DNA of 64,000 nucleotides, taken from positions 3-64,002 of the IMG/VR virus record IMGVR_UViG_3300028534_000015; one strand, 5' to 3'. Both the position numbers and the translations under genes were made by a program. The notes under the pieces were generated by a model. It saw nothing but the letters and a program-made list of their open reading frames with translations. It did no database searches and had not been told where the DNA came from. Of this stretch, positions 1 to 10,112 are shown piece after piece. Positions within the stretch are counted from its first letter, which is position 1. Every line of letters starts with the position of its first letter. The stretch is from a virus.

Positions 1-17
1 CTTTCTTAGTTAAATAT

Positions 18-125
18 GTGTATTTACCTATGAAAATAAATACACTGAATTATAAGTTCTTTTTTATTAAGAACGCCTTAGTTTAAACCATATTAATAAT
101 ATGTAAATAAAAAAAAGAGATATCC
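18..125 (-). promoter_or_regulatory. Early promoter plus hairpin leader cassette, copy A (drives a gene left of the window)
   Basis: Minus strand GATATC-polyT-TTATTTACATATTAT followed by GTTCTT..AAGAAC and GTGTATTTA-TTTTCATAGG-TAAATACAC hairpins; near-identical to copies at about 20.0, 21.7, 23.2 and 27.5 kb. Confidence 0.75.
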
Positions 126-153
126 TGTTAAGGAACCTGTAGGTTCCTTAACA
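126..153 (-). terminator. Intrinsic terminator hairpin after nrdA
   Basis: tgttaaggaacct/aggttccttaaca 13-bp inverted repeat abutting the stop codon, with a U-run shortly downstream on the minus strand. Confidence 0.8.
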
Positions 154-2529
154 TTATTGACATCCAAAACATTCTTGACTTCGATCTTCTACATCGTTTG
201 TTGCTTCTGGAGATTGACTTCTTAGATAGTATGTTGATTTCAACCCCAATGACCAAGCCTTCATATACAAATCGTTTAATGTTTTACCTGATGTTTCTTC
301 AGGCCTAACGAAAATGTTTAATGACTGCCCTTGGTCTATCCATTTTTGTCTGATTGCTCCTGCTTTAATAATTGATGATTGTTTAACCTCATACGCAGAC
401 ACATATTGATTCCAAGTATCTGGAGAAATATTAGGTGCCGTTACAGGAATAAGTCCAGATAAGTTTTCTTCAAACCATTTACGTTTATACACGGGCTCGA
501 TTGCTTGTGTCGTTCCTGTTAGGATAGAGATGGAACTTGTCGGTGCAATAGCCATAAGATAACCATTTCTTATTCCGTTCTTAACTCTTTCTCTTAACTG
601 TTCCCAATCAAGGTCATATTCTCTATTTGTGAGCTGTTTGGCTTTTTCATTAGCCGTATCTATAGGAAGTATTCCTTTGGACCAATTAGACCCACTGAAA
701 GCTGGATACGGGCCTTTTTCATACGATAAGTCACAAGAAGATTTAATAACGTTGTATGAGAAATGTTCCATTACACTATCAATAAACTCAAAATGTTCTT
801 TTGTACCGAAAGTAATTCCTTTCTCTGCTAACATTTGTGCTTCACCCATAATACCTAAACCAATAGCTCTGTTTCTAATATTGGTTTTTCTTATCTTGTT
901 TTTAGGATAGAAGTTGAGATCAATCACATTATCAAGCATTCTAATAGCTATCGGAATAACTCTTTCAAAATCCTCTTTTGTGTTTACTTTAGAAAGGTTA
1001 ACTGATGCTAAATTACACACAGCTGTTTCACCATCTTCTGGTACTTTCTCATATCCTGTTATTCCTAATTCAAGGAATTCAACATGAGAAAGATCTTTAA
1101 CATTTTTAATTTCACCATCTGCTGTTTCTATTGTTAATAGCGGGTCAACAACTTCTTCTGTACCGTCGTTATAGAAAAGTTTATACTTCTCACTATCTGG
1201 TTTGGTATTTTGGAAGATCTCCGTACATAGATTAGATGAATAAATAACACCATAATGACTATTTTGGTTTCTTCTATTCGCTTCATCTTTAAAAGTTAGA
1301 AACGGAGAACCTGTCTCAAAATAGGATCGCAGAATCTCTTTCCATAGTCCTTTGGCAGAAACGACTTCTTTTCTAACGTTATCATTATTCTCAAATGACT
1401 CATAAAGACGTTTAAAGTTTTCTCCATAAACACTATGTAATATTTTTACTTCATAAGGATCAAAAAGCGTCCATGGTTCATCATTTTGAACTCTTTCCAT
1501 AAACAAATCATTAAGCCATATGGCAGGGAAAAGGTCATGCGCTCTTCTACGCTCTTCACCAGAGTTTTTCTTAAGGTCTAAGAAATCTCTTATATCAATA
1601 GTCCAAGGTTCTACATAAACAGCAATCGCGCCTTTTCTTGTTCCAAGTTGATCTACAGCAATGGCGATATCATTTTCTAATTTAAGGAAAGGCGTAACAC
1701 CGCCGGAAACTCCTTTAAATCCATCTATTGAAGATAACATTGATCTAATGAATCCCCAGTCCCATCCGATACCGCCACCATATTTAGAAAGAAGTGCCTG
1801 TTCATGATATGAGTTAAAGATGCCTTCAATACTGTCAGGTGTAGAACCGATATAACACGATGAACATTGTGAGTGTTTTGTTCTTGCGTTTGATAAAGTC
1901 GGTGTCGCCGTCATAACTTCGAATTTACTTAACACGTCATAAAACTTTTTAGCCCAATACATTCTATCTGTCTCATTCTGTGCCAAGAACATAGCAACAC
2001 CCATAAATAGTTCTTGTGGTAATTCTGCAACATTACCATTATTATCTTTAATAAGATATCTATCAATAAGTGTTGTTAAACCAAGATATGTGAACTGGAG
2101 ATCTCTCTCTGGTCTCATATATTCAGACAATTCTTTTAGGTCGTATTTATTTCTTAATGTTGTCTGGTATCTTCCTGTTTTTTCCATTCTATTAAAATAA
2201 TCATCTAAATTAGTATAACCTTTTTTCGAAATAGAATGGTAAAGATCGTAAAGTTTTAATCTTGCCGCAACAAACGTCCAATTCGGTCTATCGATATCTA
2301 TCTTATCAACCGCTGTTTTTATAAGTGTTTGTTGAATATCTGTTGTTTTAATATCAGGTCTATTAAGAGAAATTTTAGCGTCTCTCTCTAGTTCAGTATA
2401 GGATGTTCCTGGAAGACCCTCTGTTGCCGGTTTTGTATTCTTAGTTATTTTCGTGAAATCGATTGGTTCTTTTCTACCATTTCTTTTTATTACATTCATT
2501 TTTATGGCCTTTATATTTAGATTATGCAA
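154..2529 (-). CDS. nrdA: Ribonucleoside-diphosphate reductase class Ia alpha subunit (N-terminal ATP cone; real start probably MNVIKRNG near 2499)
   Basis: ATP-cone start VIKRNGRKE, TPTLSNAR, SSCY, SNLCTEI, CNLASVNL, IAPTSSIS, KSTYYLR and C-terminal ECFGCQ redox pair; overall wording resembles Campylobacter/Helicobacter NrdA. Confidence 0.97.
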   Translation of the reverse strand: MHNLNIKAIKMNVIKRNGRKEPIDFTKITKNTKPATEGLPGTSYTELERDAKISLNRPDIKTTDIQQTLIKTAVDKIDIDRPNWTFVAARLKLYDLYHSISKKGYTNLDDYFNRMEKTGRYQTTLRNKYDLKELSEYMRPERDLQFTYLGLTTLIDRYLIKDNNGNVAELPQELFMGVAMFLAQNETDRMYWAKKFYDVLSKFEVMTATPTLSNARTKHSQCSSCYIGSTPDSIEGIFNSYHEQALLSKYGGGIGWDWGFIRSMLSSIDGFKGVSGGVTPFLKLENDIAIAVDQLGTRKGAIAVYVEPWTIDIRDFLDLKKNSGEERRRAHDLFPAIWLNDLFMERVQNDEPWTLFDPYEVKILHSVYGENFKRLYESFENNDNVRKEVVSAKGLWKEILRSYFETGSPFLTFKDEANRRNQNSHYGVIYSSNLCTEIFQNTKPDSEKYKLFYNDGTEEVVDPLLTIETADGEIKNVKDLSHVEFLELGITGYEKVPEDGETAVCNLASVNLSKVNTKEDFERVIPIAIRMLDNVIDLNFYPKNKIRKTNIRNRAIGLGIMGEAQMLAEKGITFGTKEHFEFIDSVMEHFSYNVIKSSCDLSYEKGPYPAFSGSNWSKGILPIDTANEKAKQLTNREYDLDWEQLRERVKNGIRNGYLMAIAPTSSISILTGTTQAIEPVYKRKWFEENLSGLIPVTAPNISPDTWNQYVSAYEVKQSSIIKAGAIRQKWIDQGQSLNIFVRPEETSGKTLNDLYMKAWSLGLKSTYYLRSQSPEATNDVEDRSQECFGCQ

Positions 2530-2592
2530 ACTATATAGTGTTTAAAAATTATTATTTAATTTGTTTTATGTGATAAAAAATAAGGATTATTT

Positions 2593-3153
2593 ATGGAAGA
2601 TTATGTTAAATTAGGGATAGAACAAGCCATAAAAATTTCTACACTTTCTAGATGTAACAGTAGAAAGGTTGGCGCTTGTATTTATTTTAATAAACTTTTT
2701 TATGGTTTTAATCATAATGAGGGTTGCTGTGATGAAGAGTGCGAAACAATAGAATTTTTATGTTCCGACAAAACTTGCAATTACAAAACAACAAACCCTA
2801 TTGAAGTTTGGTGTCAAAGATGTGGACATTTTTTAGGTTCTGTCAATGAATCATCTAATAATAGTGTCGTTCATGCTGAAGAGCATTTGTTAAAAAAACA
2901 TGGAAATGAACTTAAAAAAATATATAAAGAAACTGGTAAAAAAGTTAACTTATTTATAACAGACGCCCCGTGTTTAAAATGCGCGAACCTTATTGTAAAA
3001 AATGGTTTTATTGGTCGTGTTTTTTACTTACGTAAATTCACTAATGAAGATGGGATTAAATATCTTTTAAAAAATAATATCGATATAAAACAAGTCGATA
3101 TAGAACGTATAGAACCTAGTTTAAGAAAACTGTTAACACTAAGAGGACAATAA
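2593..3153 (+). CDS. dCMP deaminase with Cys-rich insertion
   Basis: SRCNSRKVGA, HAEE and PCLKCANLIV zinc/catalytic motifs of the dCMP deaminase family. Confidence 0.9.
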   Translation: MEDYVKLGIEQAIKISTLSRCNSRKVGACIYFNKLFYGFNHNEGCCDEECETIEFLCSDKTCNYKTTNPIEVWCQRCGHFLGSVNESSNNSVVHAEEHLLKKHGNELKKIYKETGKKVNLFITDAPCLKCANLIVKNGFIGRVFYLRKFTNEDGIKYLLKNNIDIKQVDIERIEPSLRKLLTLRGQ

Positions 3154-3165
3154 GTCCTCTTAGTG
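3137..3165. terminator. Bidirectional terminator between convergent dCMP deaminase and endolysin genes
   Basis: cactaagaggac/gtcctcttagtg 12-bp stem, 5-nt loop. Confidence 0.7.
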
Positions 3166-3166
3166 C

Positions 3167-4057
3167 TTAAACTATTTTTAACCCTAATCTTCTTAGTCTA
3201 TTATACCAACCTCTTTGAAAAATACCATATCTTTCATAATTGTTGTTAATAAGTGCGTCATAAAACTTTTTTACATTTATAAGATAACGCTCATTAAATT
3301 GCTTTGGCGTTGCTGTATAATTCATTACAGCTTGAGATGTCTTAGGTCCGTAAAGTCCGTCTGGAAATACTTTAACTGTTTGTTGTAATTTAAAGATAGC
3401 TTTCTTTTTACCTGCGTTGACAGATAAACTAAAAATAGATAGTTTTAGTTTTGTGTAAGCATCTTTATTTCCAAAATCTCTGATACCTTTATGGTCTAAT
3501 GTTTTATTAGCCTTATGCGACATATACTTCCTATAATAGAGGTCAAAAGCCATATCGGCTATCTTTCTTCGCTCCAAACTATTAAGCTTCTTATTAAGCT
3601 TTTTAGAACCCTGTTTTGTTTGTGGTAAACCATACTTTTCAAACAGAGAATCTGAATAAATAATAATTTCTTCATTTCTATTTGCGGATTTGTAAATACC
3701 ATATGGCGTAGTGTAACTATTTTCTTTCCTATTCCAGTGGAACATAGTTCCTTCTTCTACAGCGAGATATTGTAAAATAGTCTCTTTTAAAGACTTTCTT
3801 ATCTCCTTTCTAAGCGTTTTTGATTTTTTAAAATCTTTTTCTAATGCGTTAAGTTCTTTATAAAAAGTATTTCTTTTTACTTTAAGAAGTGCATTTAATG
3901 TCTGAACGCCTAGAATTCCATCTACAGCTATCTTAAACCCAGAATTTACTAATGCTTTTTGTAGTATCTTTTCTTTATCAAGAATATCATATTGTTCAGC
4001 TATTAATGCTAAATCTAACCTACCTGCTTTCTTAAGTTTTTCTCTATACCATTTCAT
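3167..4057 (-). CDS. Endolysin, GH108-like lysozyme with peptidoglycan-binding repeats
   Basis: LQKAL..VDGILGVQT and LQQTV..DGLYGPKT PG-binding repeats; EEG..TPYGI catalytic-like segment; C-terminal FQRGWYNRL typical of GH108-associated PG_binding_3. Confidence 0.8.
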   Translation of the reverse strand: MKWYREKLKKAGRLDLALIAEQYDILDKEKILQKALVNSGFKIAVDGILGVQTLNALLKVKRNTFYKELNALEKDFKKSKTLRKEIRKSLKETILQYLAVEEGTMFHWNRKENSYTTPYGIYKSANRNEEIIIYSDSLFEKYGLPQTKQGSKKLNKKLNSLERRKIADMAFDLYYRKYMSHKANKTLDHKGIRDFGNKDAYTKLKLSIFSLSVNAGKKKAIFKLQQTVKVFPDGLYGPKTSQAVMNYTATPKQFNERYLINVKKFYDALINNNYERYGIFQRGWYNRLRRLGLKIV

Positions 4058-4060
4058 ACG

Positions 4061-4549
4061 TTATCCTTTTTTTAATTTTGAACCTACTGATGACCCTAAC
4101 CAGAACGCCAAAACATATGTTATTGCTGTTTTAACAAACTCTGTGGTTGTTGGTAATACATCTTTATTAATGTATTCTGGTGGAACAAACGTACCTAATA
4201 AAAGATAGATAAAACAGAAACTTAAAATAAAAACACTAAACTTTGTTACAAATGCCTTTAGTTCGTCGTCTGCACTATAGAGTTTCATTAAAGAACTTAC
4301 TTCTTCTTTTGTGTCTGTTCCAATATCTTCACCAGAAACTTCTTCATCTATAACTTCGTCAAGAATTTCAGGTTCAAAATTTTGTGAAATTAATGTATCT
4401 AAAAGATATCCCTTCTCTTCAACATTCTCACCATTCATTCCAATGTGTTCTATAAAGACTCTAACGTCATCAAAATCTTTAAGCAAAACTTCTTTTACTG
4501 CGTGTGAAATATTTAAGTTTTCAATTTGACTTCTTTTTAATGTCGACAT
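4061..4549 (-). CDS. Probable holin
   Basis: Two C-terminal hydrophobic helices ending FWLGSSVGSKLKK (GSSxGS holin-like tail); immediately upstream of the endolysin. Confidence 0.6.
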   Translation of the reverse strand: MSTLKRSQIENLNISHAVKEVLLKDFDDVRVFIEHIGMNGENVEEKGYLLDTLISQNFEPEILDEVIDEEVSGEDIGTDTKEEVSSLMKLYSADDELKAFVTKFSVFILSFCFIYLLLGTFVPPEYINKDVLPTTTEFVKTAITYVLAFWLGSSVGSKLKKG

Positions 4550-5048
4550 TTCTTTTTCCTTTATTTATATCTCCGTATAGTAGATGACTATATAAAGCTG
4601 CTGGTGACATTCCGACCATTCTAGTCCATTCAGGTGTAATTATTTTACCTATTTTAGCTGCTTCAAAACATATTTCTGAACATATCCATTTATTATCCAA
4701 TTGTGTATTAACGTTAAATACTTGATTTAAAACAATATTAAGATAGTCATACCCTTTACCCATCTGAGATTCAAAAAATTGCTTAATTCTTTCTGCATCT
4801 CTATTCTCTACATCAAAAGATAAAATCTCCCAAGACTCTTCGAATGGGAAATTTCTTTCTCTTTTTCTAACGCCGTTGGAATTCATTGAAGATGTATACG
4901 ATGTACCGTCTATATAAACTTCTACATGTATCAATTTTGATATATCTTCATCAAACCCTTGTAAATACTTTTGAGCTAAATAAATACTCTTTGTTACTGT
5001 TGTTCTTTTGTACTCTTTATAGAAACAAAAGTGAATCTTCTTCATCAC
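4521..5048 (-). CDS. Permuted papain-like amidase (YiiX/YebB/NlpC-P60 permuted family)
   Basis: His first (IHVEVY), GKGYDY, then Cys in KWICSEIC, followed by SPAAL. Confidence 0.8.
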   Translation of the reverse strand: MMKKIHFCFYKEYKRTTVTKSIYLAQKYLQGFDEDISKLIHVEVYIDGTSYTSSMNSNGVRKRERNFPFEESWEILSFDVENRDAERIKQFFESQMGKGYDYLNIVLNQVFNVNTQLDNKWICSEICFEAAKIGKIITPEWTRMVGMSPAALYSHLLYGDINKGKRNVDIKKKSN

Positions 5049-5091
5049 GATATCCTATTTTTTTTTTAAGTTATTATACTATAGATAAAAT

Positions 5092-5430
5092 CTATTTCTT
5101 TTTTACCAAAAACATTTTTATTTTTTCTTTTTTGGTCAATACTACAAATGTAATGCAAACGTCATTATTATCCAAAATAATAGTTTCTCCTAAATCAAAT
5201 GACTTTTGAGTGACTTCAAAAATTTCATCTCGAATTAAAATTCTATTTAGTTTTACGTAATTTCTATTTTTATCAATATTTCTATTTTGCAAACTATAAC
5301 AAAATTGACTCGATATTAAGTTTATACTAGATTCCTTTAAAAAAACTATACAAAGAAAAAATATTGTTAAAACTAACATGAAACTAAAAACAATAAATCT
5401 TTTTGTTTGTGAAAACATTTTTAATATCAC
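5092..5430 (-). CDS. Hypothetical protein with N-terminal transmembrane helix
   Basis: GTG start coupled to the upstream stop; hydrophobic residues 12-30. Confidence 0.5.
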   Translation of the reverse strand: MILKMFSQTKRFIVFSFMLVLTIFFLCIVFLKESSINLISSQFCYSLQNRNIDKNRNYVKLNRILIRDEIFEVTQKSFDLGETIILDNNDVCITFVVLTKKEKIKMFLVKKK

Positions 5431-8096
5431 AGAACTAAATTCTGAATAACAATTTCGACCCAGTCGTTTTCGTCTTTACCTTCATCAAATTTGACAGTTA
5501 CTGTATTTCTTTCTATTTCTATAGAATATGTTGAGACTCTATCTTTTTTACCTTCCGTATACACAGTAATTTGCGAAGGGTCTGAAATATTTTCTGATAT
5601 AGAAAAACTAAAATCTGTTTGATCGTCAGTTTCTGCCTCTAACTCATATGCTGTATTTACAATTTTTGTCTCTTCTAGTAGTTCTCTAGTAATAGCTGTC
5701 TTAGGTCCTCCCGATCTAGCGTCAATAGGATTATGTGAAGGGTATTCTACAAGTCCATTACCGTAAATACTCATACCTTTTGCTTCATAATATGGTAGAC
5801 CTGTATCCTTATCAGAATAACCTATACCTACAACAAACGCTTCGGTTTTAAATATCTCTCCTGGGCATGACCCTATTACTGTAAGAAAATCTGAACCAGA
5901 CGTTAAAATTCCGTCACCTATAAGTACATTATTTTTACCCTGTGAAATAATATTTCTTCCTAGCGCTAAACTATTATTAGGTGTCGAGTCTTTTCTTCTT
6001 CCTATTAATAACATATCTTTAATATCTATATTTTCTGGTATAGACGTATAAATTAACCCGTCTTCTACATTAATTATATCGACTCTTATAGTATAGTTAT
6101 CAGGAGTTTTTCCTTCCTCTAAGAATTCTGGAGGGTTAACCAAAGCCATAACAAAACCTTTGATATTATCAGTAATTTCTTTACTTACCTCTAATACAAT
6201 ATAGTTGTTCTCAACTCTATCAGAATATGGAATTATATTTTCGTAATCAATTACTGAAACACCAAAACCAATAGCTGTGACATTATCTCCAGAGATCTTA
6301 TTACCATGTCCTTTCACTGTTGACATAGCTGACACGACGACTGTAGAATCTAAACAGTCATTAATGAAACTATAGTCTAAATCTAATACATTTACTTTAT
6401 ATGCATTTTTAAGAGAAGATCTAGTAATAGACGCAGATCTTACTGCGAAACAAGATTCAAAAGAAGTGTGAACATTAAATAGATCGGAATTAGGTAAACT
6501 TACTCTCAGTTTGTGGCCTAAATTTATTTTATCCTTAAGTATTTCTGAATTATCTGACTTAAAAACTTTAATTGTTTCTGTATCAATTATTTCCACATAA
6601 GCCGTAAACATAGCTTCGCTAGAGATCAACTCGACGGATAAAACAGACAAAGAAACTAAAGCTTTCTCATGTGTTTTCAAAAATATTCCAGAATAGAGGT
6701 CATAACTATCTGTTTCCTCGATTAATTCATCAAACACTCCTACTGCTGATCCTAAAATGTCGATGTCTCTAGATGACCTTACTATAGACATAATTGTCGA
6801 TTGAATACCGAGTTCAGAGCCTTCGAAATTTGAATTTAAAAAGTCTATTGAAAAAGATTCTAAGTCATTGAAGATATAATTCTTGTCACCGCGAACAGTT
6901 AAATCGTCTGAAATAATTCTATTGTCATTACCAAAAACTTTTAAGCTGTTTACGTTACCTCTACAATCAATTACATTATTAAATCCAGTAACTTCTAGTC
7001 CTGATATTGGACTTTTTGAATTTATATGATTACTTTCGCCAAAGACTCTGGTTTCACGTACGTCTTCAGAATTCACAATGTTTCCAGACCCAATAATTTC
7101 TATGTTTTCAACATTTGCTGTCTTACTTTTTATAAAAGCATTCTCTCCACCACCTTTGAAATCAATATCTAAAACGCCAATAAAACCATCAGAACCATTA
7201 AGAACTTCTCCTAAATCTGTATCTGATAAAACATAACCGTCATCAACATTAACATCAATTATATTAAAAAACAGTTTTTTAGTTTTATACATAATAACTG
7301 CATCTATAGGTAGGTTTACTAATGACAGATCCGCTATATCATCTACATAAATTTTTTCTCCATTTATACAAAAAACATTAAATGTTTTACCAACGCTAAC
7401 TGCATCTCCTTTAATAGTCGCATTTTTAGCTTTATTTAAAAAGATAGTATTTCCTTTAACATCTGAATTTGTAACCCAATTTATGATAGAATCTTTAACT
7501 TTTAAATCTGATTGTGTTACAGAGTACTGTTTTGTTTTGTTTTGACTTTCAGCTGACGAAATGATATCTGACATAAAAATAGTGTTTAAATCAGATTTCA
7601 AACAAACAACTTTTGAAAGACCTCCATTAAATATCTCAGAATCATAACCTAAAACTAAAGATCTATCAGGCAAAAGTCTTTCTGTCTCTGGTGTCTCCCA
7701 AATAAAATCATCTGATATTTTATGTATTGCTAATGTACTATCCCCGACTTTGAATGGTAATGTAGTATTAGATACCGGTATAAATCCATTATCTTTTTCT
7801 ACAAAAATACCTTTTTCAGTATATGGAACCCTAGGGTTAAATACTGTATTTATAATAGGAATACGGATATCTGACAGAGCTTTTACTGTTCTAAGATAAA
7901 CAGATTCGTCTTTTCTCACCTCAATATTTACTTCCCTTACAGGCATAATCCATGCATTACCTGTTCTTGAATATTCAACAAACGATGTTTGTAAAAATAC
8001 ATAACAATCCTCTGTTGCTGTAAATTCATAATATTTTCCTGGTTCTGTAAATAATACATCTCCGTCTCTTACTGGGACTTCAAATTCTATACTCAT
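5427..8096 (-). CDS. Tail fibre/spike-like virion protein with beta-helix and YadA-like repeats
   Basis: 889 aa; GxxN periodic repeats (GSGNIV, GESNHI, GFNNVI, GNDNRI); NNSLALG..NVLIG..AFVVGIG segment; located in tail gene cluster. Confidence 0.65.
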   Translation of the reverse strand: MSIEFEVPVRDGDVLFTEPGKYYEFTATEDCYVFLQTSFVEYSRTGNAWIMPVREVNIEVRKDESVYLRTVKALSDIRIPIINTVFNPRVPYTEKGIFVEKDNGFIPVSNTTLPFKVGDSTLAIHKISDDFIWETPETERLLPDRSLVLGYDSEIFNGGLSKVVCLKSDLNTIFMSDIISSAESQNKTKQYSVTQSDLKVKDSIINWVTNSDVKGNTIFLNKAKNATIKGDAVSVGKTFNVFCINGEKIYVDDIADLSLVNLPIDAVIMYKTKKLFFNIIDVNVDDGYVLSDTDLGEVLNGSDGFIGVLDIDFKGGGENAFIKSKTANVENIEIIGSGNIVNSEDVRETRVFGESNHINSKSPISGLEVTGFNNVIDCRGNVNSLKVFGNDNRIISDDLTVRGDKNYIFNDLESFSIDFLNSNFEGSELGIQSTIMSIVRSSRDIDILGSAVGVFDELIEETDSYDLYSGIFLKTHEKALVSLSVLSVELISSEAMFTAYVEIIDTETIKVFKSDNSEILKDKINLGHKLRVSLPNSDLFNVHTSFESCFAVRSASITRSSLKNAYKVNVLDLDYSFINDCLDSTVVVSAMSTVKGHGNKISGDNVTAIGFGVSVIDYENIIPYSDRVENNYIVLEVSKEITDNIKGFVMALVNPPEFLEEGKTPDNYTIRVDIINVEDGLIYTSIPENIDIKDMLLIGRRKDSTPNNSLALGRNIISQGKNNVLIGDGILTSGSDFLTVIGSCPGEIFKTEAFVVGIGYSDKDTGLPYYEAKGMSIYGNGLVEYPSHNPIDARSGGPKTAITRELLEETKIVNTAYELEAETDDQTDFSFSISENISDPSQITVYTEGKKDRVSTYSIEIERNTVTVKFDEGKDENDWVEIVIQNLVL

Positions 8097-8230
8097 ATTT
8101 TTTTCCTTTAATTATTTTTATAACAATAAGTTAGTTTGTTATTCAAGTAAACTAGCGTCATAAGATCACTATCAAATATTCTTACTTAAATAAATTCTAT
8201 TTATATAATATTTATTTATTTTTTACTCTG

Positions 8231-8260
8231 CTACAAGTGAAGCTTAAGCTTCACTTGTAG
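8231..8260. terminator. 30-bp perfect palindrome overlapping the stop of 8244..8654
   Basis: ctacaagtgaagctt|aagcttcacttgtag. Confidence 0.65.
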
Positions 8261-8654
8261 TTTCATCTAGTTTTTTCAAAACGTCCACTACTGCAGATTC
8301 CTCTTTAAGAATAGAAAGAATAAAATCAATTCCGCCTTTTTCTAACTTATAATCAGACACAGTTTCTGTCTCTTTACAAACAGCTAAAACAGCTTCTATT
8401 AGAGACCTCTTTTCATCGTTGATAAGATCTTTTGTTTCATCTGGAAGTATCTCATAAACAATAGTAAGAAGTGATGTTATTAACCCACTCCACTGGAACG
8501 CCTTACCGACCATGTCGTATATATCGCCTCTTATTTTTTCTATATCATACCTAGCCTTTAGAATAGGATCTGTTCCTTCTTCCCCTGTTACTTTATCTTG
8601 GTATGTTTTTTCGATTGTTTGACCGTTTGCTGATAATGTTTCATCAATTGCCAT
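8244..8654 (-). CDS. Small acidic protein, possible tail-fibre assembly chaperone (paralog of 10890..11285)
   Basis: Follows a large propeller gene; shares KARxxIxK..D..D..helical pattern with 10890..11285. Confidence 0.5.
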   Translation of the reverse strand: MAIDETLSANGQTIEKTYQDKVTGEEGTDPILKARYDIEKIRGDIYDMVGKAFQWSGLITSLLTIVYEILPDETKDLINDEKRSLIEAVLAVCKETETVSDYKLEKGGIDFILSILKEESAVVDVLKKLDETTSEA

Positions 8655-8674
8655 AATAATTCCTTTTTTATTTA

Positions 8675-10102
8675 TTAAACTTTATAAACATATGTTAAAA
8701 GTTTATCCGGACTAACTGCGTCTTTCTTGATAGTTACTGTTTCTTGAATTTCGGAAACTTCTTCATCAAGCATTGCTACAAACTTAAATGCAAAACTTCC
8801 TGATATACCTGTCGAAGTTATTTCTGATAATTCTGGATTAACTTCGAGTGTTTCTGAATCAGTAGTAAAGTTATATCCAACACCAATATCATCTGTAACA
8901 AAATTTATAAGTGACAAATCACATGGAGGCTCGTCGAAGTTGATTGTCGTATCACCGTCTTTATCTAACTGGTATGGTTGAAATGTTCCAGAATACCAAT
9001 ATGAATCATAGGAATAAACAATAGTATCGTCTATAAACATAGGAGCTACCGGTTTATACACTCTAGGAATATTTGTTGGGAACGAATATGATTTTCTTTC
9101 AGCTATGTCAAAAATAACAGAATTAAACACACCAAAAATTTTATCATTTACCATGACAAATTGTTTATATGTAGATGTAAGATAATACGGATGACTCATT
9201 ACTGCTTCGAGTTTGTTTAAATCCTCTTCTATTTGTGATATTTTGTAAATAGTCTTTTCTGAACTGCCTCCTATAACGTAAACATCGTTATCTTTAATAA
9301 GAAGTTGATGAACAGCGTTATAAGTAAAACTACTTTTTATTTCTGTAATAGTACATAGCTCTGTATCAATGACATGAATACCATTAACTGCTGCCGTGAA
9401 GAATATTTTTGTTCCTACTGTAACAAAATCATAAAGATAATATGTGAAATTGAAATTCTTAGATGTCTGATTATCTAAAACAAGCTTTTCAATTCTTTCT
9501 TCAGAAAGATTGTTTTCATAAATATCGTCTTTCGATACTTTATATAACGATTTTGTGTCTTTTCTAGACGTTATATAAACACCATCGCCGCCATCAAATA
9601 TATGATAACAATAACTTCCGATTAACCCATAGATATAAATCCTATGGATAAGATTTCCTTTTGTATCAAAAACATAGATGTATTTCGAATATACATCTAA
9701 CTGAAAAACTCTATCTTTATAAACAATAGGATTAGAATATTTACTTCTTCTATAAATAGAATTATAAATCCTAGATAAATAAATACCTAAGAATGTTTCT
9801 TCCGGAACTCCTGTTTTCATTTTAATGATGTTTGTTCTTAAAACATCATTATCGTTAAAGGTTTCTTTGATAATAGATGATGGTGATGTAATATAAACAT
9901 TACCAACTACGTCTGTTAGCATCAGACTGTCTCCGTTGACAGAACCTGAAATTGACAGACTGTTATCACTTCTAGTTATAACTTTCTTCTGTTCAGTTCT
10001 TAAAATTACATTTGACACAACAAGATTAAATGATCTGTTCGGGATTAATTTTGAAAATGTCATTGATGCTATTTGATCTGCGCTTGTTATATTAGTATAC
10101 AT
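8675..10102 (-). CDS. Beta-propeller virion/receptor-binding-like protein
   Basis: Repeated blade-like strands (YIYVFD, VYITS, IFFT..IHVID, VYVIG..IYKI); tail cluster context. Confidence 0.55.
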   Translation of the reverse strand: MYTNITSADQIASMTFSKLIPNRSFNLVVSNVILRTEQKKVITRSDNSLSISGSVNGDSLMLTDVVGNVYITSPSSIIKETFNDNDVLRTNIIKMKTGVPEETFLGIYLSRIYNSIYRRSKYSNPIVYKDRVFQLDVYSKYIYVFDTKGNLIHRIYIYGLIGSYCYHIFDGGDGVYITSRKDTKSLYKVSKDDIYENNLSEERIEKLVLDNQTSKNFNFTYYLYDFVTVGTKIFFTAAVNGIHVIDTELCTITEIKSSFTYNAVHQLLIKDNDVYVIGGSSEKTIYKISQIEEDLNKLEAVMSHPYYLTSTYKQFVMVNDKIFGVFNSVIFDIAERKSYSFPTNIPRVYKPVAPMFIDDTIVYSYDSYWYSGTFQPYQLDKDGDTTINFDEPPCDLSLINFVTDDIGVGYNFTTDSETLEVNPELSEITSTGISGSFAFKFVAMLDEEVSEIQETVTIKKDAVSPDKLLTYVYKV

Positions 10103-10112
10103 TTAAACTCCT

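Noticed and set aside
1000-1290. Insertion in NrdA between SNLCTEI and CNLAS, considered as a mini-intein
   Set aside because: No Cys/Ser start with His-Asn end; a similar insertion is a normal feature of Campylobacterota NrdA
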